Assembly (NCBI GenBank): GCA_964016885.1 | Contig: OZ024741.1 | Coordinates: 13,950,001-14,014,000, forward strand | Length of the DNA: 64,000 bases | Reading direction: 5' to 3' | DNA from: Eledone cirrhosa | Taxonomy: Eukaryota | Shown here: positions 23,801 to 38,800 of the stretch, piece after piece | Position numbering within the stretch: the stretch's first letter is position 1 | Layout of the letters: each line of letters begins with the position of its first letter | Notes under the pieces: model-generated | What the model was told of the DNA's origin: nothing | What the model saw: the letters and a program-made list of their open reading frames with translations, nothing else | Databases searched by the model: none | Program-made: the position numbers and the translations under genes

Positions 23801-26800
23801 TACCACCATAATACTGTGGTTTAGTAGCTAGGGTGTGGAGTACCACCATAATACTGTGGTTTAGTAACTAGGGTGTGGTGTACCACCATAATACTGTGGT
23901 TTAGTTGCTAGGGTGTGGAGTACCACCATAATACTGTGGTTTAGTAACTAGGATGTGGAGTACCACCATAATACTGTGGTTTAGTAACTAGGGTGTGGAA
24001 TACCACCATAATACTGTGGTTTACTAGTTAGGTGTGATGTACCACCATAATACTGTGGTTTAGTTACTAGGGTGTGGAGTACCACCATAATACTGTGGTT
24101 TAGTAGCTAGGGTGTGGAGTACACCATAATACTGTGGTTTAGTAACTAGGGTGTAGAGTACCACCATAATACTGTGGTTTAGTAACTAGGGTGTGGAGTA
24201 CCACCATAATACTGTGGTTTAGTAGCTAGGGTGTGGAGTAAACCATAATACTATGGTTTAGTAACTAGGGTGTGGAGTACCACCATAATACTGTGGTTTA
24301 GTAACTAGGGTGTGGAGTACCACCATAATACTGTGGTTTAGTAGCTAGGGTGTGGAGTACAACCATAATACTGTGGTTTAGTAACTAGGGTGTGGAGTAC
24401 CACCATAATACTGTGGTTTAGTAGCTAGGGTGTGGAATACCACCATAATACTGTGGTTTAGTAACTAGGGTGTGGAGTACCACCATAATACTGTGGTTTA
24501 GTAGCTAGGGTGTGGAGTACACCATAATACAGTGGTTTAGTAACTAGGGTGTGGAATACCACCATAATACTGTGGTTTGGTAACTAGGGTGTGGAGTACC
24601 ACCATAATACTGGTTTAGTAGCTAGGGTGTGGAGTACCACCGTAATACTGTGGTTTAGTAGCTAGGGTGTGGAGTACCACCGTAAAACTGTGGTTTAGTA
24701 GCTAGGGTGTGGAGTACCACCATAATACTGTGGTTTAGTAACTAGGGTGTGGAATACCACCATAATACTGTGGTTTAGCAACTAGAGTGTGGAGTACCAC
24801 CATAATACTGTGGTTTAGTAGCTAGAGGGTGGAGTACCACCATAATACTGTGGTTTAGTAACTAGGGTGTGGAGTACCACCATAATACTGTGGTTTAGTA
24901 ACTAGGGTGTGGAGTACCACCATAATACTGTGGTTTAGTAACTAGGGTGTGGAGTACCACCATAATACTGTGGTTTAGTAACTAGGGTGTGGAGTACCAC
25001 CATAATACTGTGGTTTAGTAACTAGGGTGTCGAGAACCACCACAATACTGTGATTTAGTAACTAGGGTGTGGAGTACCACGATAATACTGTGGTTTAGTA
25101 ACTAGGGTGTGGAGTACCACCATAATACTGTGGTTTAGTAGCTAGGGTGTGGAGTACACCATAATACTGTGGTTTAGTAACTAGGGTGTGGAGTACCACC
25201 ATAATACTGTGGTTTAGTAACTAGGATGTGGAGTACCACCATAATACTGTGGTTTAGTAACTAGGGTGTGGAGTACCACCATAATACTGTGGTTTAGTAG
25301 CTAGGGTGTGATGTACCACCATAATACTGTGGTTTAGTAACTAGGGGGTGGAGTACCACCATAATACTGTGGTTTAGTAGCTAGGGTGTGGAATTCCACC
25401 ATAATACTGTGGTTTAGTAACTAGGGTGTGGAGTACCACCATAATACTGTGGTTTAGTTGCTAGGGTGTGGAGTACCACCATAATACTGTGGTATAGTAA
25501 CTAGGGTGTGGAGTGCCACCATAATACTGTGGTTTGGTAACTAGGGTGTGGAGTTCCACCATAATACTGTGATTTAGTAACTAGGGTGTGGAGTACCACC
25601 ATAATACTGTGGTTTAGTAACTAGGGTGTGGAGTACACCATAATACTGTGGTTTAGTAACTAGGGTGTCGAGTACCACCATAATACTGTGGTTTAGTAAC
25701 TAGGGTGTGGAGTACCACCATAATACTGTGGTTTAGTAGCTAGGGTGTGGAGTACCACCATAATACTGTGGTTTAGTAACTAGGGTGTGGAGTACCACCA
25801 TAATACTGTGATTTAGTAGCTAGGGTGTGGAGTACCACCATAATACTGTTGTTTAGTAGCTAGGGTGTGGAGTACACCATAATACTGTGGTTTAGTAGCT
25901 AGAGTGTGGAGTACCACCATAATACTGTGGATTAGTAGCTAGGGTGTGGAGTACCACCATAATACTGTTGTTTAGTAGCTAGGGTGTGGAGTACCGCCGT
26001 AATACTATGGTTTAGTAGCTAGGGTGTGGAGTACCACCATAATACTGTGGTTTAGTAACTAGGGTGTGGACTACCACCATAATACTGTGGTTTAGTAACT
26101 AGAGTGTGGAGTACCACAATAATACTGTGGTTTAGTAACTAGGGTGTGGAGTACCACCATAATACTGTGGTTTAGTAGCTAGGGTGTGGAGTACCACCAT
26201 AATACTGTGGTTTAGTAACTAGGGTGGGGAGTACCACCATAATACTGTGGTTTAGTAACTAGGGTGTGGAGTACCACCATAATACTGTGGTTTAGTAACT
26301 AGAGTGTGGAGTACCACCATAATACTGTGGTTTAGTAACTAGGGTGTGGAGTACCACCATAATACTGTGGATTAGTAGCTAGGTGTGATGTACCACCATA
26401 ATACTGTGGTTTAGTAACTAGGGTGTGGAGTACCACCATAATACTGTGGTTTAGTAGCTAGGGTGTGGAGTACACCATAATACTGTGGTTTAGTAACTAG
26501 GGTGTGGAGTACCACCATAATACTGTGGTTTAGTAACTAGGGTGTGGAGTACCACCATAATACTGTGGTTTAGTAGCTAGGGTATGGAGTACCACCATAA
26601 TACTGTGGTTTAGTAACTAGGGTGTGGAGTACCACCATAATACTGTGGTTTAGTAGCTAGGGTGTGGAGTACCACCATAATACTGTGGTTTAGTAACTAG
26701 GGTGTGGAGTACCACCATAATACTGTGGTTTAGTAGCTAGAGTGTGGAGTACACCATAATACAGTGGTTTAGTAACTAGGGTGTGGAATACCACCATAAT

Positions 26801-29800
26801 ACTGTGGTTTAGTAACTAGGGTGTGGAGTACCACCATAATACTGGTTTAGTAGCTAGGGTGTGGAGTACCACCGTAATACTGTGGTTTAGTAGCTAGGGT
26901 GTGGAGTACCACCGTAATACTGTGGTTTAGTAGCTAGGGTGTGGAGTACCACCATAATACTGTGGTTTAGTAACTAGGGTGTGGACTACAACCATAATAC
27001 TGTGGTTTAGCAACTAGAGTGTGGAGTACCACCATAATACTGTGGTTTAGTAACTACAGGGTGGAGTACCACCATAATACTGTGGTTTAGTAACTAGGGT
27101 GTGGAGTACCACCATAATACTGTGGTTTAGTAACTAGGGTGTGGAGTACCACCATAATATTGTGGTTTAGTAACTAGGGTGTCGAGTACCACCACAATAC
27201 TGTGGTTTAGTAACTAGGGTGTGGAGTACCACCATAATACTGTGGTTTAGTAACTAGGGTGTGGAGTACCACCATAATACTGTGGTTTAGTAGCTAGGGT
27301 GTGGAGTACACCATAATACTGTGGTTTAGTAACTAGGGTGTGGAGTACCACCATAATACTGTGGTTTAGTAACTAGGATGTGGAGTACCACCATAATACT
27401 GTGGTTTAGTAACTAGGGTGTGGAGTACCACCATAATACTGTGGTTTAGTAGCTAGGGTGTGATGTACCACCATAATACTGTGGTTTAGTAACTAGGGGG
27501 TGGAGTACCACCATAATACTGTGGTTTAGTAGCTAGGGTGTGGAGTACCACCATAATACTGTGGTTTAGTAACTAGGGTGTGGAGTACCACCATAATACT
27601 GTGGTTTAGTTGCTAGGGTGTGGAGTACCACCATAATACTGTGGTTTAGTAACTAGGGTGTGGAGTACCACCATAATACTGTGGTTTAGTAACTAGCGTG
27701 TGGAGTACCACCTTAATACTGTGGTTTAGTAACTAGGGTGTGGAGTACCACCATAATACTGTGGTTTAGTAGCTAGGGTGTGGAGTACCACCATAATACT
27801 GTGGTTTAGTAGCTAGGGTGTGGAGTACTACCATAATACTGTGGTTTAGTAGCTAGGATGTGGAGTACCACCATAATACTGTGGTTTAGTAACTAGGGTG
27901 TGGAGTACCACCATAATACTGTGGTTTGGTAACTAGGGTGTGGAGTTCCACCATAATACTGTGATTTAGTAACTAGGGTGTGGAGTACCACCATAATACT
28001 GTGTTTTAGTAACTAGGGTGTGGAGTACCACCATAATACTGTGGTTTAGTAGCTAGGGTGTGGAGTACACCATAATACTGTGGTTTAGTAGCTAGGGTGT
28101 GGAGTACCACCATAATACTGTGGTTTAGTAGCTAGGGTGTGGAGTACACCATAATACTGTGGTTTAGTAACTAGGGTGTAGAGTACCACCATAATACTGT
28201 GGTTTAGTAACTAGGGTGTGGAGTACCACCATAATACTGTGATTTAGTAGCTAGGGTGTGGAGTACCACCATAATACTGTTGTTTAGTAGCTAGGGTGTG
28301 GAGTACACCATAATACTGTGGTTTAGTAGCTAGAGTGTGGAGTACCACCATAATACTGTGGTTTAGTAGCTAGGGTGTGGAGTACACCATAATACAGTGG
28401 TTTAGTAACTAGGGTGTGGAATACCACCATAATACTGTGGTTTAGTAACTAGGGTGTGGAGTACCACCATAATACTGGTTTAGTAGCTAGGGTGTGGAGT
28501 ACCACCGTAATACTGTGGTTTAGTAGCTAGGGTGTGGAGTACCACCGTAATACGGTGGTTTAGTAGCTAGGGTGTGGAGTACCACCATAATACTGTGGTT
28601 TAGTAACTAGGGTGTGGACTACCACCATAATACTGTGGTTTAGTAACTAGAGTGTGGAGTACCACCATAATACTGTGGTTTAGTAACTAGGGTGTGGAGT
28701 ACCACCATAATACTGTGGTTTAGTAGCTAGGGTGTGGAGTACCACCATAATACTGTGGTTTAGTAACTAGGGGGTGGAGTACCACCATAATACTGTGGTT
28801 CAGTAGCTAGGGTGTGGAGTACCACCATAATACTGTGGTTTAGTAACTAGGGTGTGGTGTACCACCATAATACTGTGGTTTAGTTACTAGGGTGTGGAGT
28901 ACCACCATAATACTGTGGTTTAGTAACTAGGATGTGGAGTACCACCATAATACTGTGGTTTAGTAACTAGGGTGTGGAATACCACCATAATACTGTGGTT
29001 TAGTAGCTAGGTGTGATGTACCACCATAATACTGTGGTTTAGTAACTAGGGTGTGGAGTACCACCATAATACTGTGGTTTAGTAGCTAGGGTGTGGAGTA
29101 CCACCATTATACTGTGGTTCAGTAACTAGGGTGTGGAGTACCACCATAATACTGTGGTTTAGTAGCTAGGGTGTGGAGTACCACCATAATACTGTGGTTT
29201 AGTAACTAGGGTGTGGAGTACCACCATAATACTGTGATTTAGTAGCTAGGGTGTGGAGTACCACCATAATACTGTTGTTTAGTAGCTAGGGTGTGGAGTA
29301 CCACCATAATACTATGGTTTAGCAGCTAGGGTGTGGAGTACCACCATAATACTGTGGTTTAGTAACTAGGGTGTGGACTACCACCATAATACTGTGGTTT
29401 AGTAACTAGAGTGTGGAGTACCACCATAATACTGTGGTTTAGTAACCAGGGTGTGGAGTACCACCATAATACTGTGGTTTAGTAGCTAGGGTGTGGAGTA
29501 CCACCATAATACTGTGGTTTAGTAGCTAGGGTGTGGAGTACCACCATAATACTGTTATTTAGTAGCTAGGGTGTGGAGTACACCATCATACTGTAATTTA
29601 GTAGCTAGAGTGTGGAGTACCACCATAATACTGTGGATTAGTAGCTAGGGTGTGGAGTACACCATAATACAGTGGTTTAGTAACTAGGGTGTGGAATACC
29701 ACCATAATACTGTGGTTTAGTAACTAGGGTGTGGAGTACCACCATAATACTGTGGTTTAGTAACTAGGGTGTGGAGTACCACCATAATACTGTGGTTTAG

Positions 29801-32800
29801 TGGCTAGGGTGTGGAGTACCACCATAATACTGTGGTTTAGTAACTAGGGTGTGGAGTACCACCATAATACTGTGGTTTAGTAGCTAGGGTGTGGAGTACC
29901 ACCATAATACTGTGGTTTAGTAACTAGGATGTGGAGTACCACCATAATACTGTGGTTTAGTTACTAGGGTGTGGAGTACCACCATAATACTGTGGTTTAG
30001 TAGCTAGGGTGTGGAGTACCACCATAATACTGTGGTTTAGTAACTAGGGGGTGGAGTACCACCATAATACTGTGGTTTAGTAGCTAGGGTGTGGAGTACC
30101 ACCATAATACTGTGGTTTAGTAACTAGGGTGTGGTGTACCACCATAATACTGTGGTTTAGTTGCTAGGGTGTGGAGTACCACCATAATACTGTGGTTTAG
30201 TAACTAGGATGTGGAGTACCACCATAATACTGTGGTTTAGTAACTAGGGTGTGGAATACCACCATAATACTGTGGTTTACTAGTTAGGTGTGATGTACCA
30301 CCATAATACTGTGGTTTAGTTACTAGGGTGTGGAGTACCACCATAATACTGTGGTTTAGTAGCTAGGGTGTGGAGTACACCATAATACTGTGGTTTAGTA
30401 ACTAGGGTGTAGAGTACCACCATAATACTGTGGTTTAGTAACTAGGGTGTGGAGTACCACCATAATACTGTGGTTTAGTAGCTAGGGTGTGGAGTAAACC
30501 ATAATACTATGGTTTAGTAACTAGGGTGTGGAGTACCACCATAATACTGTGGTTTAGTAACTAGGGTGTGGAGTACCACCATAATACTGTGGTTTAGTAG
30601 CTAGGGTGTGGAGTACAACCATAATACTGTGGTTTAGTAACTAGGGTGTGGAGTACCACCATAATACTGTGGTTTAGTAGCTAGGGTGTGGAATACCACC
30701 ATAATACTGTGGTTTAGTAACTAGGGTGTGGAGTACCACCATAATACTGTGGTTTAGTAGCTAGGGTGTGGAGTACACCATAATACAGTGGTTTAGTAAC
30801 TAGGGTGTGGAATACCACCATAATACTGTGGTTTGGTAACTAGGGTGTGGAGTACCACCATAATACTGGTTTAGTAGCTAGGGTGTGGAGTACCACCGTA
30901 ATACTGTGGTTTAGTAGCTAGGGTGTGGAGTACCACCGTAAAACTGTGGTTTAGTAGCTAGGGTGTGGAGTACCACCATAATACTGTGGTTTAGTAACTA
31001 GGGTGTGGAATACCACCATAATACTGTGGTTTAGCAACTAGAGTGTGGAGTACCACCATAATACAGTGGTTTAGTAGCTAGAGGGTGGAGTACCACCATA
31101 ATACTGTGGTTTAGTAACTAGGGTGTGGAGTACCACCATAATACTGTGGTTTAGTAACTAGGGTGTGGAGTACCACCATAATACTGTGGTTTAGTAACTA
31201 GGGTGTCGAGAACCACCACAATACTGTGATTTAGTAACTAGGGTGTGGAGTACCACGATAATACTGTGGTTTAGTAACTAGGGTGTGGAGTACCACCATA
31301 ATACTGTGGTTTAGTAGCTAGGGTGTGGAGTACACCATAATACTGTGGTTTAGTAACTAGGGTGTGGAGTACCACCATAATACTGTGGTTTAGTAACTAG
31401 GATGTGGAGTACCACCATAATACTGTGGTTTAGTAACTAGGGTGTGGAGTACCACCATAATACTGTGGTTTAGTAGCTAGGGTGTGATGTACCACCATAA
31501 TACTGTGGTTTAGTAACTAGGGGGTGGAGTACCACCATAATACTGTGGTTTAGTAGCTAGGGTGTGGAATTCCACCATAATACTGTGGTTTAGTAACTAG
31601 GGTGTGGAGTACCACCATAATACTGTGGTTTAGTTGCTAGGGTGTGGAGTACCACCATAATACTGTGGTATAGTAACTAGGGTGTGGAGTACCACCATAA
31701 TACTGTGGTTTAGTAGCTAGGGTGTGGAGTACCACCATAATACTGTGGTTTAGTAACTAGGGTGTGGAGTACCACCATAATACTGTGGTTTAGTAACTAG
31801 GGTGTGGAGTACACCATAATACTGTGGTTTAGTAACTAGGGTGTGGAGTACCACCATAATACTGTGGTTTAGTAACTAGGGTGTGGAGTACCACCATAAT
31901 ACTGTGGTTTAGTAGCTAGGGTGTGGAGTACCACCATAATACTGTGGTTTAGTAACTAGGGTGTGGAGTACCACCATAATACTGTGATTTAGTAACTAGG
32001 GTGTGGAGTACCACCATAATACTGTGGTTTAGTAGCTAGGGTGTGGAGTACCACCATAATACTGTGGTTTAGTAGCTAGGGTGTGGAGTACTACCATAAT
32101 ACTGTGGTTTAGTAGCTAGGATGTGGATTACCACGATAATACTGTGGTTTAGTAACTAGGGTGTGGAGTACCACCATAATACTGTGGTTTGGTAACTAGG
32201 GTGTGGAGTTCCACCATAATACTGTGATTTAGTAACTAGGGTGTGGAGTACCACCATAATACTGTGTTTTAGTAACAAGGGTGTGGAGTACCACCATAAT
32301 ACTGTGGTTTAGTAGCTAGGGTGTGGAGTACACCATAATACTGTGGTTTAGTAGCTAGGGTGTGGAGTACCACCATAATACTGTGGTTTAGTAGCTAGGG
32401 TGTGGAGTACACCATAATACTGTGGTTTAGTAACTAGGGTGTAGAGTACCACCATAATACTGTGGTTTAGTAACTAGGGTGTGGAGTACCACCATAATAC
32501 TGTGGTTTAATAGCTAGGGTGTGGAGTACACCATAATACTGTGGTTTAGTAACTAGGGTGTGGAGTACCACTATAATACTGTGGTTTAGTAACTAGGGTG
32601 TGGAGTACCACCATAATACTGTGGTTTAGTAGCTAGGGTGTGGAGTACCACCATAATACTGTGGTTTAGTAACTAGGGTGTGGAGTACCACCATAATACT
32701 GTGATTTAGTAGCTAGGGTGTGGAGTACCACCATAATACTGTTGTTTAGTAGCTAGTGTGTGGAGTACACCATAATACTGTGGTTTAGTAGCTAGAGTGT

Positions 32801-35800
32801 GGAGTACCACCATAATACTGTGGTTTAGTAGCTAGGGTGTGGAGTACACCATAATACAGTGGTTTAGTAACTAGGGTGTGGAATACCACCATAATACTGT
32901 GGTTTAGTAACTAGGGTGTGGAGTACCACCATAATACTGGTTTAGTAGCTAGGGTGTGGAGTACCACCGTAATACTGTGGTTTAGTAGCTAGGGTGTGGA
33001 GTACCACCGTAATACGGTGGTTTAGTAGCTAGGGTGTGGAGTACCACCATAATACTGTCGTTTAGTAACTAGGGTGTGGACTACCACCATAATACTGTGG
33101 TTTAGTAACTAGCGTGTGGAGTACCACCATAATACTGTGGTTTAGTAACTAGGGTGTGGAGTACCACCATAATACTGTGGTTTAGTAGCTAGGGTGTGGA
33201 GTACCACCATAATACTGTGGTTTAGTAACTAGGGGGTGGAGTACCACCATAATACTGTGGTTCAGTAGCTAGGGTGTGGAGTACCACCATAATACTGTGG
33301 TTTAGTAACTAGGGTGTGGTGTACCACCATAATACTGTGGTTTAGTAACTAGGGTGTGGAGTACCACCATAATACTGGTTTAGTAGCTAGGGTGTGGAGT
33401 ACCACCGTAATACTGTGGTTTAGTAGCTAGGGTGTGGAGTACCACCGTAATACGGTGGTTTAGTAGCTAGGGTGTGGAGTACCACCATAATACTGTGGTT
33501 TAGTAACTAGGGTGTGGACTACCACCATAATACTGTGGTTTAGTAACTAGAGTGTGGAGTACCACCATAATACTGTGGTTTAGTAACTAGGGTGTGGAGT
33601 ACCACCATAATACTGTGGTTTAGTAGCTAGGGTGTGGAGTACCACCATAATACTGTGGTTTAGTAACTAGGGGGTGGAGTACCACCATAATACTGTGGTT
33701 CAGTAGCTAGGGTGTGGAGTACCACCATAATACTGTGGTTTAGTAACTAGGGTGTGGTGTACCACCATAATACTGTGGTTTAGTTACTAGGGTGTGGAGT
33801 ACCACCATAATACTGTGGTTTAGTAACTAGGATGTGGAGTACCACCATAATACTGTGGTTTAGTAACTAGGGTGTGGAATACCACCATAATACTGTGGTT
33901 TAGTAGCTAGGTGTGATGTACCACCATAATACTGTGGTTTAGTAACTAGGGTGTGGAGTACCACCATAATACTGTGGTTTAGTAGCTAGGGTGTGGAGTA
34001 CCACCATTATACTGTGGTTCAGTAACTAGGGTGTGGAGTACCACCATAATACTGTGGTTTAGTAGCTAGGGTGTGGAGTACCACCATAATACTGTGGTTT
34101 AGTAACTAGGGTGTGGAGTACCACCATAATACTGTGATTTAGTAGCTAGGGTGTGGAGTACCACCATAATACTGTTGTTTAGTAGCTAGGGTGTGGAGTA
34201 CCACCATAATACTATGGTTTAGCAGCTAGGGTGTGGAGTACCACCATAATACTGTGGTTTAGTAACTAGGGTGTGGACTACCACCATAATACTGTGGTTT
34301 AGTAACTAGAGTGTGGAGTACCACCATAATACTGTGGTTTAGTAACCAGGGTGTGGAGTACCACCATAATACTGTGGTTTAGTAGCTAGGGTGTGGAGTA
34401 CCACCATAATACTGTGGTTTAGTAGCTAGGGTGTGGAGTACCACCATAATACTGTTATTTAGTAGCTAGGGTGTGGAGTACACCATCATACTGTAATTTA
34501 GTAGCTAGAGTGTGGAGTACCACCATAATACTGTGGATTAGTAGCTAGGGTGTGGAGTACACCATAATACAGTGGTTTAGTAACTAGGGTGTGGAATACC
34601 ACCATAATACTGTGGTTTAGTAACTAGGGTGTGGAGTACCACCATAATACTGTGGTTTAGTAACTAGGGTGTGGAGTACCACCATAATACTGTGGTTTAG
34701 TGGCTAGGGTGTGGAGTACCACCATAATACTGTGGTTTAGTAACTAGGGTGTGGAGTACCACCATAATACTGTGGTTTAGTAGCTAGGGTGTGGAGTACC
34801 ACCATAATACTGTGGTTTAGTAACTAGGATGTGGAGTACCACCATAATACTGTGGTTTAGTTACTAGGGTGTGGAGTACCACCATAATACTGTGGTTTAG
34901 TAGCTAGGGTGTGGAGTACCACCATAATACTGTGGTTTAGTAACTAGGGGGTGGAGTACCACCATAATACTGTGGTTTAGTAGCTAGGGTGTGGAGTACC
35001 ACCATAATACTGTGGTTTAGTAACTAGGGTGTGGTGTACCACCATAATACTGTGGTTTAGTTGCTAGGGTGTGGAGTACCACCATAATACTGTGGTTTAG
35101 TAACTAGGATGTGGAGTACCACCATAATACTGTGGTTTAGTAACTAGGGTGTGGAATACCACCATAATACTGTGGTTTACTAGTTAGGTGTGATGTACCA
35201 CCATAATACTGTGGTTTAGTTACTAGGGTGTGGAGTACCACCATAATACTGTGGTTTAGTAGCTAGGGTGTGGAGTACACCATAATACTGTGGTTTAGTA
35301 ACTAGGGTGTAGAGTACCACCATAATACTGTGGTTTAGTAACTAGGGTGTGGAGTACCACCATAATACTGTGGTTTAGTAGCTAGGGTGTGGAGTAAACC
35401 ATAATACTATGGTTTAGTAACTAGGGTGTGGAGTACCACCATAATACTGTGGTTTAGTAACTAGGGTGTGGAGTACCACCATAATACTGTGGTTTAGTAG
35501 CTAGGGTGTGGAGTACAACCATAATACTGTGGTTTAGTAACTAGGGTGTGGAGTACCACCATAATACTGTGGTTTAGTAGCTAGGGTGTGGAATACCACC
35601 ATAATACTGTGGTTTAGTAACTAGGGTGTGGAGTACCACCATAATACTGTGGTTTAGTAGCTAGGGTGTGGAGTACACCATAATACAGTGGTTTAGTAAC
35701 TAGGGTGTGGAATACCACCATAATACTGTGGTTTGGTAACTAGGGTGTGGAGTACCACCATAATACTGGTTTAGTAGCTAGGGTGTGGAGTACCACCGTA

Positions 35801-38800
35801 ATACTGTGGTTTAGTAGCTAGGGTGTGGAGTACCACCGTAAAACTGTGGTTTAGTAGCTAGGGTGTGGAGTACCACCATAATACTGTGGTTTAGTAACTA
35901 GGGTGTGGAATACCACCATAATACTGTGGTTTAGCAACTAGAGTGTGGAGTACCACCATAATACAGTGGTTTAGTAGCTAGAGGGTGGAGTACCACCATA
36001 ATACTGTGGTTTAGTAACTAGGGTGTGGAGTACCACCATAATACTGTGGTTTAGTAACTAGGGTGTGGAGTACCACCATAATACTGTGGTTTAGTAACTA
36101 GGGTGTCGAGAACCACCACAATACTGTGATTTAGTAACTAGGGTGTGGAGTACCACGATAATACTGTGGTTTAGTAACTAGGGTGTGGAGTACCACCATA
36201 ATACTGTGGTTTAGTAGCTAGGGTGTGGAGTACACCATAATACTGTGGTTTAGTAACTAGGGTGTGGAGTACCACCATAATACTGTGGTTTAGTAACTAG
36301 GATGTGGAGTACCACCATAATACTGTGGTTTAGTAACTAGGGTGTGGAGTACCACCATAATACTGTGGTTTAGTAGCTAGGGTGTGATGTACCACCATAA
36401 TACTGTGGTTTAGTAACTAGGGGGTGGAGTACCACCATAATACTGTGGTTTAGTAGCTAGGGTGTGGAATTCCACCATAATACTGTGGTTTAGTAACTAG
36501 GGTGTGGAGTACCACCATAATACTGTGGTTTAGTTGCTAGGGTGTGGAGTACCACCATAATACTGTGGTATAGTAACTAGGGTGTGGAGTACCACCATAA
36601 TACTGTGGTTTGGTAACTAGGGTGTGGAGTTCCACCATAATACTGTGATTTAGTAACTAGGGTGTGGAGTACCACCATAATACTGTGGTTTAGTAACTAG
36701 GGTGTGGAGTACACCATAATACTGTGGTTTAGTAACTAGGGTGTGGAGTACCACCATAATACTGTGGTTTAGTAACTAGGGTGTGGAGTACCACCATAAT
36801 ACTGTGGTTTAGTAGCTAGGGTGTGGAGTACCACCATAATACTGTGGTTTAGTAACTAGGGTGTGGAGTACCACCATAATACTGTGATTTAGTAACTAGG
36901 GTGTGGAGTACCACCATAATACTGTGGTTTAGTAGCTAGGGTGTGGAGTACCACCATAATACTGTGGTTTAGTAGCTAGGGTGTGGAGTACTACCATAAT
37001 ACTGTGGTTTAGTAGCTAGGATGTGGATTACCACCATAATACTGTGGTTTAGTAACTAGGGTGTGGAGTACCACCATAATACTGTGGTTTGGTAACTAGG
37101 GTGTGGAGTTCCACCATAATACTGTGATTTAGTAACTAGGGTGTGGAGTACCACCATAATACTGTGTTTTAGTAACAAGGGTGTGGAGTACCACCATAAT
37201 ACTGTGGTTTAGTAGCTAGGGTGTGGAGTACACCATAATACTGTGGTTTAGTAGCTAGGGTGTGGAGTACCACCATAATACTGTGGTTTAGTAGCTAGGG
37301 TGTGGAGTACACCATAATACTGTGGTTTAGTAACTAGGGTGTAGAGTACCACCATAATACTGTGGTTTAGTAACTAGGGTGTGGAGTACCACCATAATAC
37401 TGTGGTTTAATAGCTAGGGTGTGGAGTACACCATAATACTGTGGTTTAGTAACTAGGGTGTGGAGTACCACTATAATACTGTGGTTTAGTAACTAGGGTG
37501 TGGAGTACCACCATAATACTGTGGTTTAGTAGCTAGGGTGTGGAGTACCACCATAATACTGTGGTTTAGTAACTAGGGTGTGGAGTACCACCATAATACT
37601 GTGATTTAGTAGCTAGGGTGTGGAGTACCACCATAATACTGTTGTTTAGTAGCTAGTGTGTGGAGTACACCATAATACTGTGGTTTAGTAGCTAGAGTGT
37701 GGAGTACCACCATAATACTGTGGTTTAGTAGCTAGGGTGTGGAGTACACCATAATACAGTGGTTTAGTAACTAGGGTGTGGAATACCACCATAATACTGT
37801 GGTTTAGTAACTAGGGTGTGGAGTACCACCATAATACTGGTTTAGTAGCTAGGGTGTGGAGTACCACCGTAATACTGTGGTTTAGTAGCTAGGGTGTGGA
37901 GTACCACCGTAATACGGTGGTTTAGTAGCTAGGGTGTGGAGTACCACCATAATACTGTCGTTTAGTAACTAGGGTGTGGACTACCACCATAATACTGTGG
38001 TTTAGTAACTAGCGTGTGGAGTACCACCATAATACTGTGGTTTAGTAACTAGGGTGTGGAGTACCACCATAATACTGTGGTTTAGTAGCTAGGGTGTGGA
38101 GTACCACCATAATACTGTGGTTTAGTAACTAGGGGGTGGAGTACCACCATAATACTGTGGTTCAGTAGCTAGGGTGTGGAGTACCACCATAATACTGTGG
38201 TTTAGTAACTAGGGTGTGGTGTACCACCATAATACTGTGGTTTAGTTACTAGGGTGTGGAGTACCACCATAATACTGTGGTTTAGTAACTAGGATGTGGA
38301 GTACCACCATAATACTGTGGTTTAGTAACTAGGGTGTGGAATACCACCATAATACTGTGGTTTAGTAGCTAGGTGTGATGTACCACCATAATACTGTGGT
38401 TTAGTAACTAGGGTGTGGAGTACCACCATAATACTGTGGTTTAGTAGCTAGGGTGTGGAGTACCACCATTATACTGTGGTTCAGTAACTAGGGTGTGGAG
38501 TACCACCATAATACTGTGGTTTAGTAGCTAGGGTGTGGAGTACCACCATAATACTGTGGTTTAGTAACTAGGGTGTGGAGTACCACCATAATACTGTGAT
38601 TTAGTAGCTAGGGTGTGGAGTACCACCATAATACTGTTGTTTAGTAGCTAGGGTGTGGAGTACCACCATAATACTATGGTTTAGCAGCTAGGGTGTGGAG
38701 TACCACCATAATACTGTGGTTTAGTAACTAGGGTGTGGACTACCACCATAATACTGTGGTTTAGTAACTAGGGTGTGGAGTACCACCATAATACTGTGGT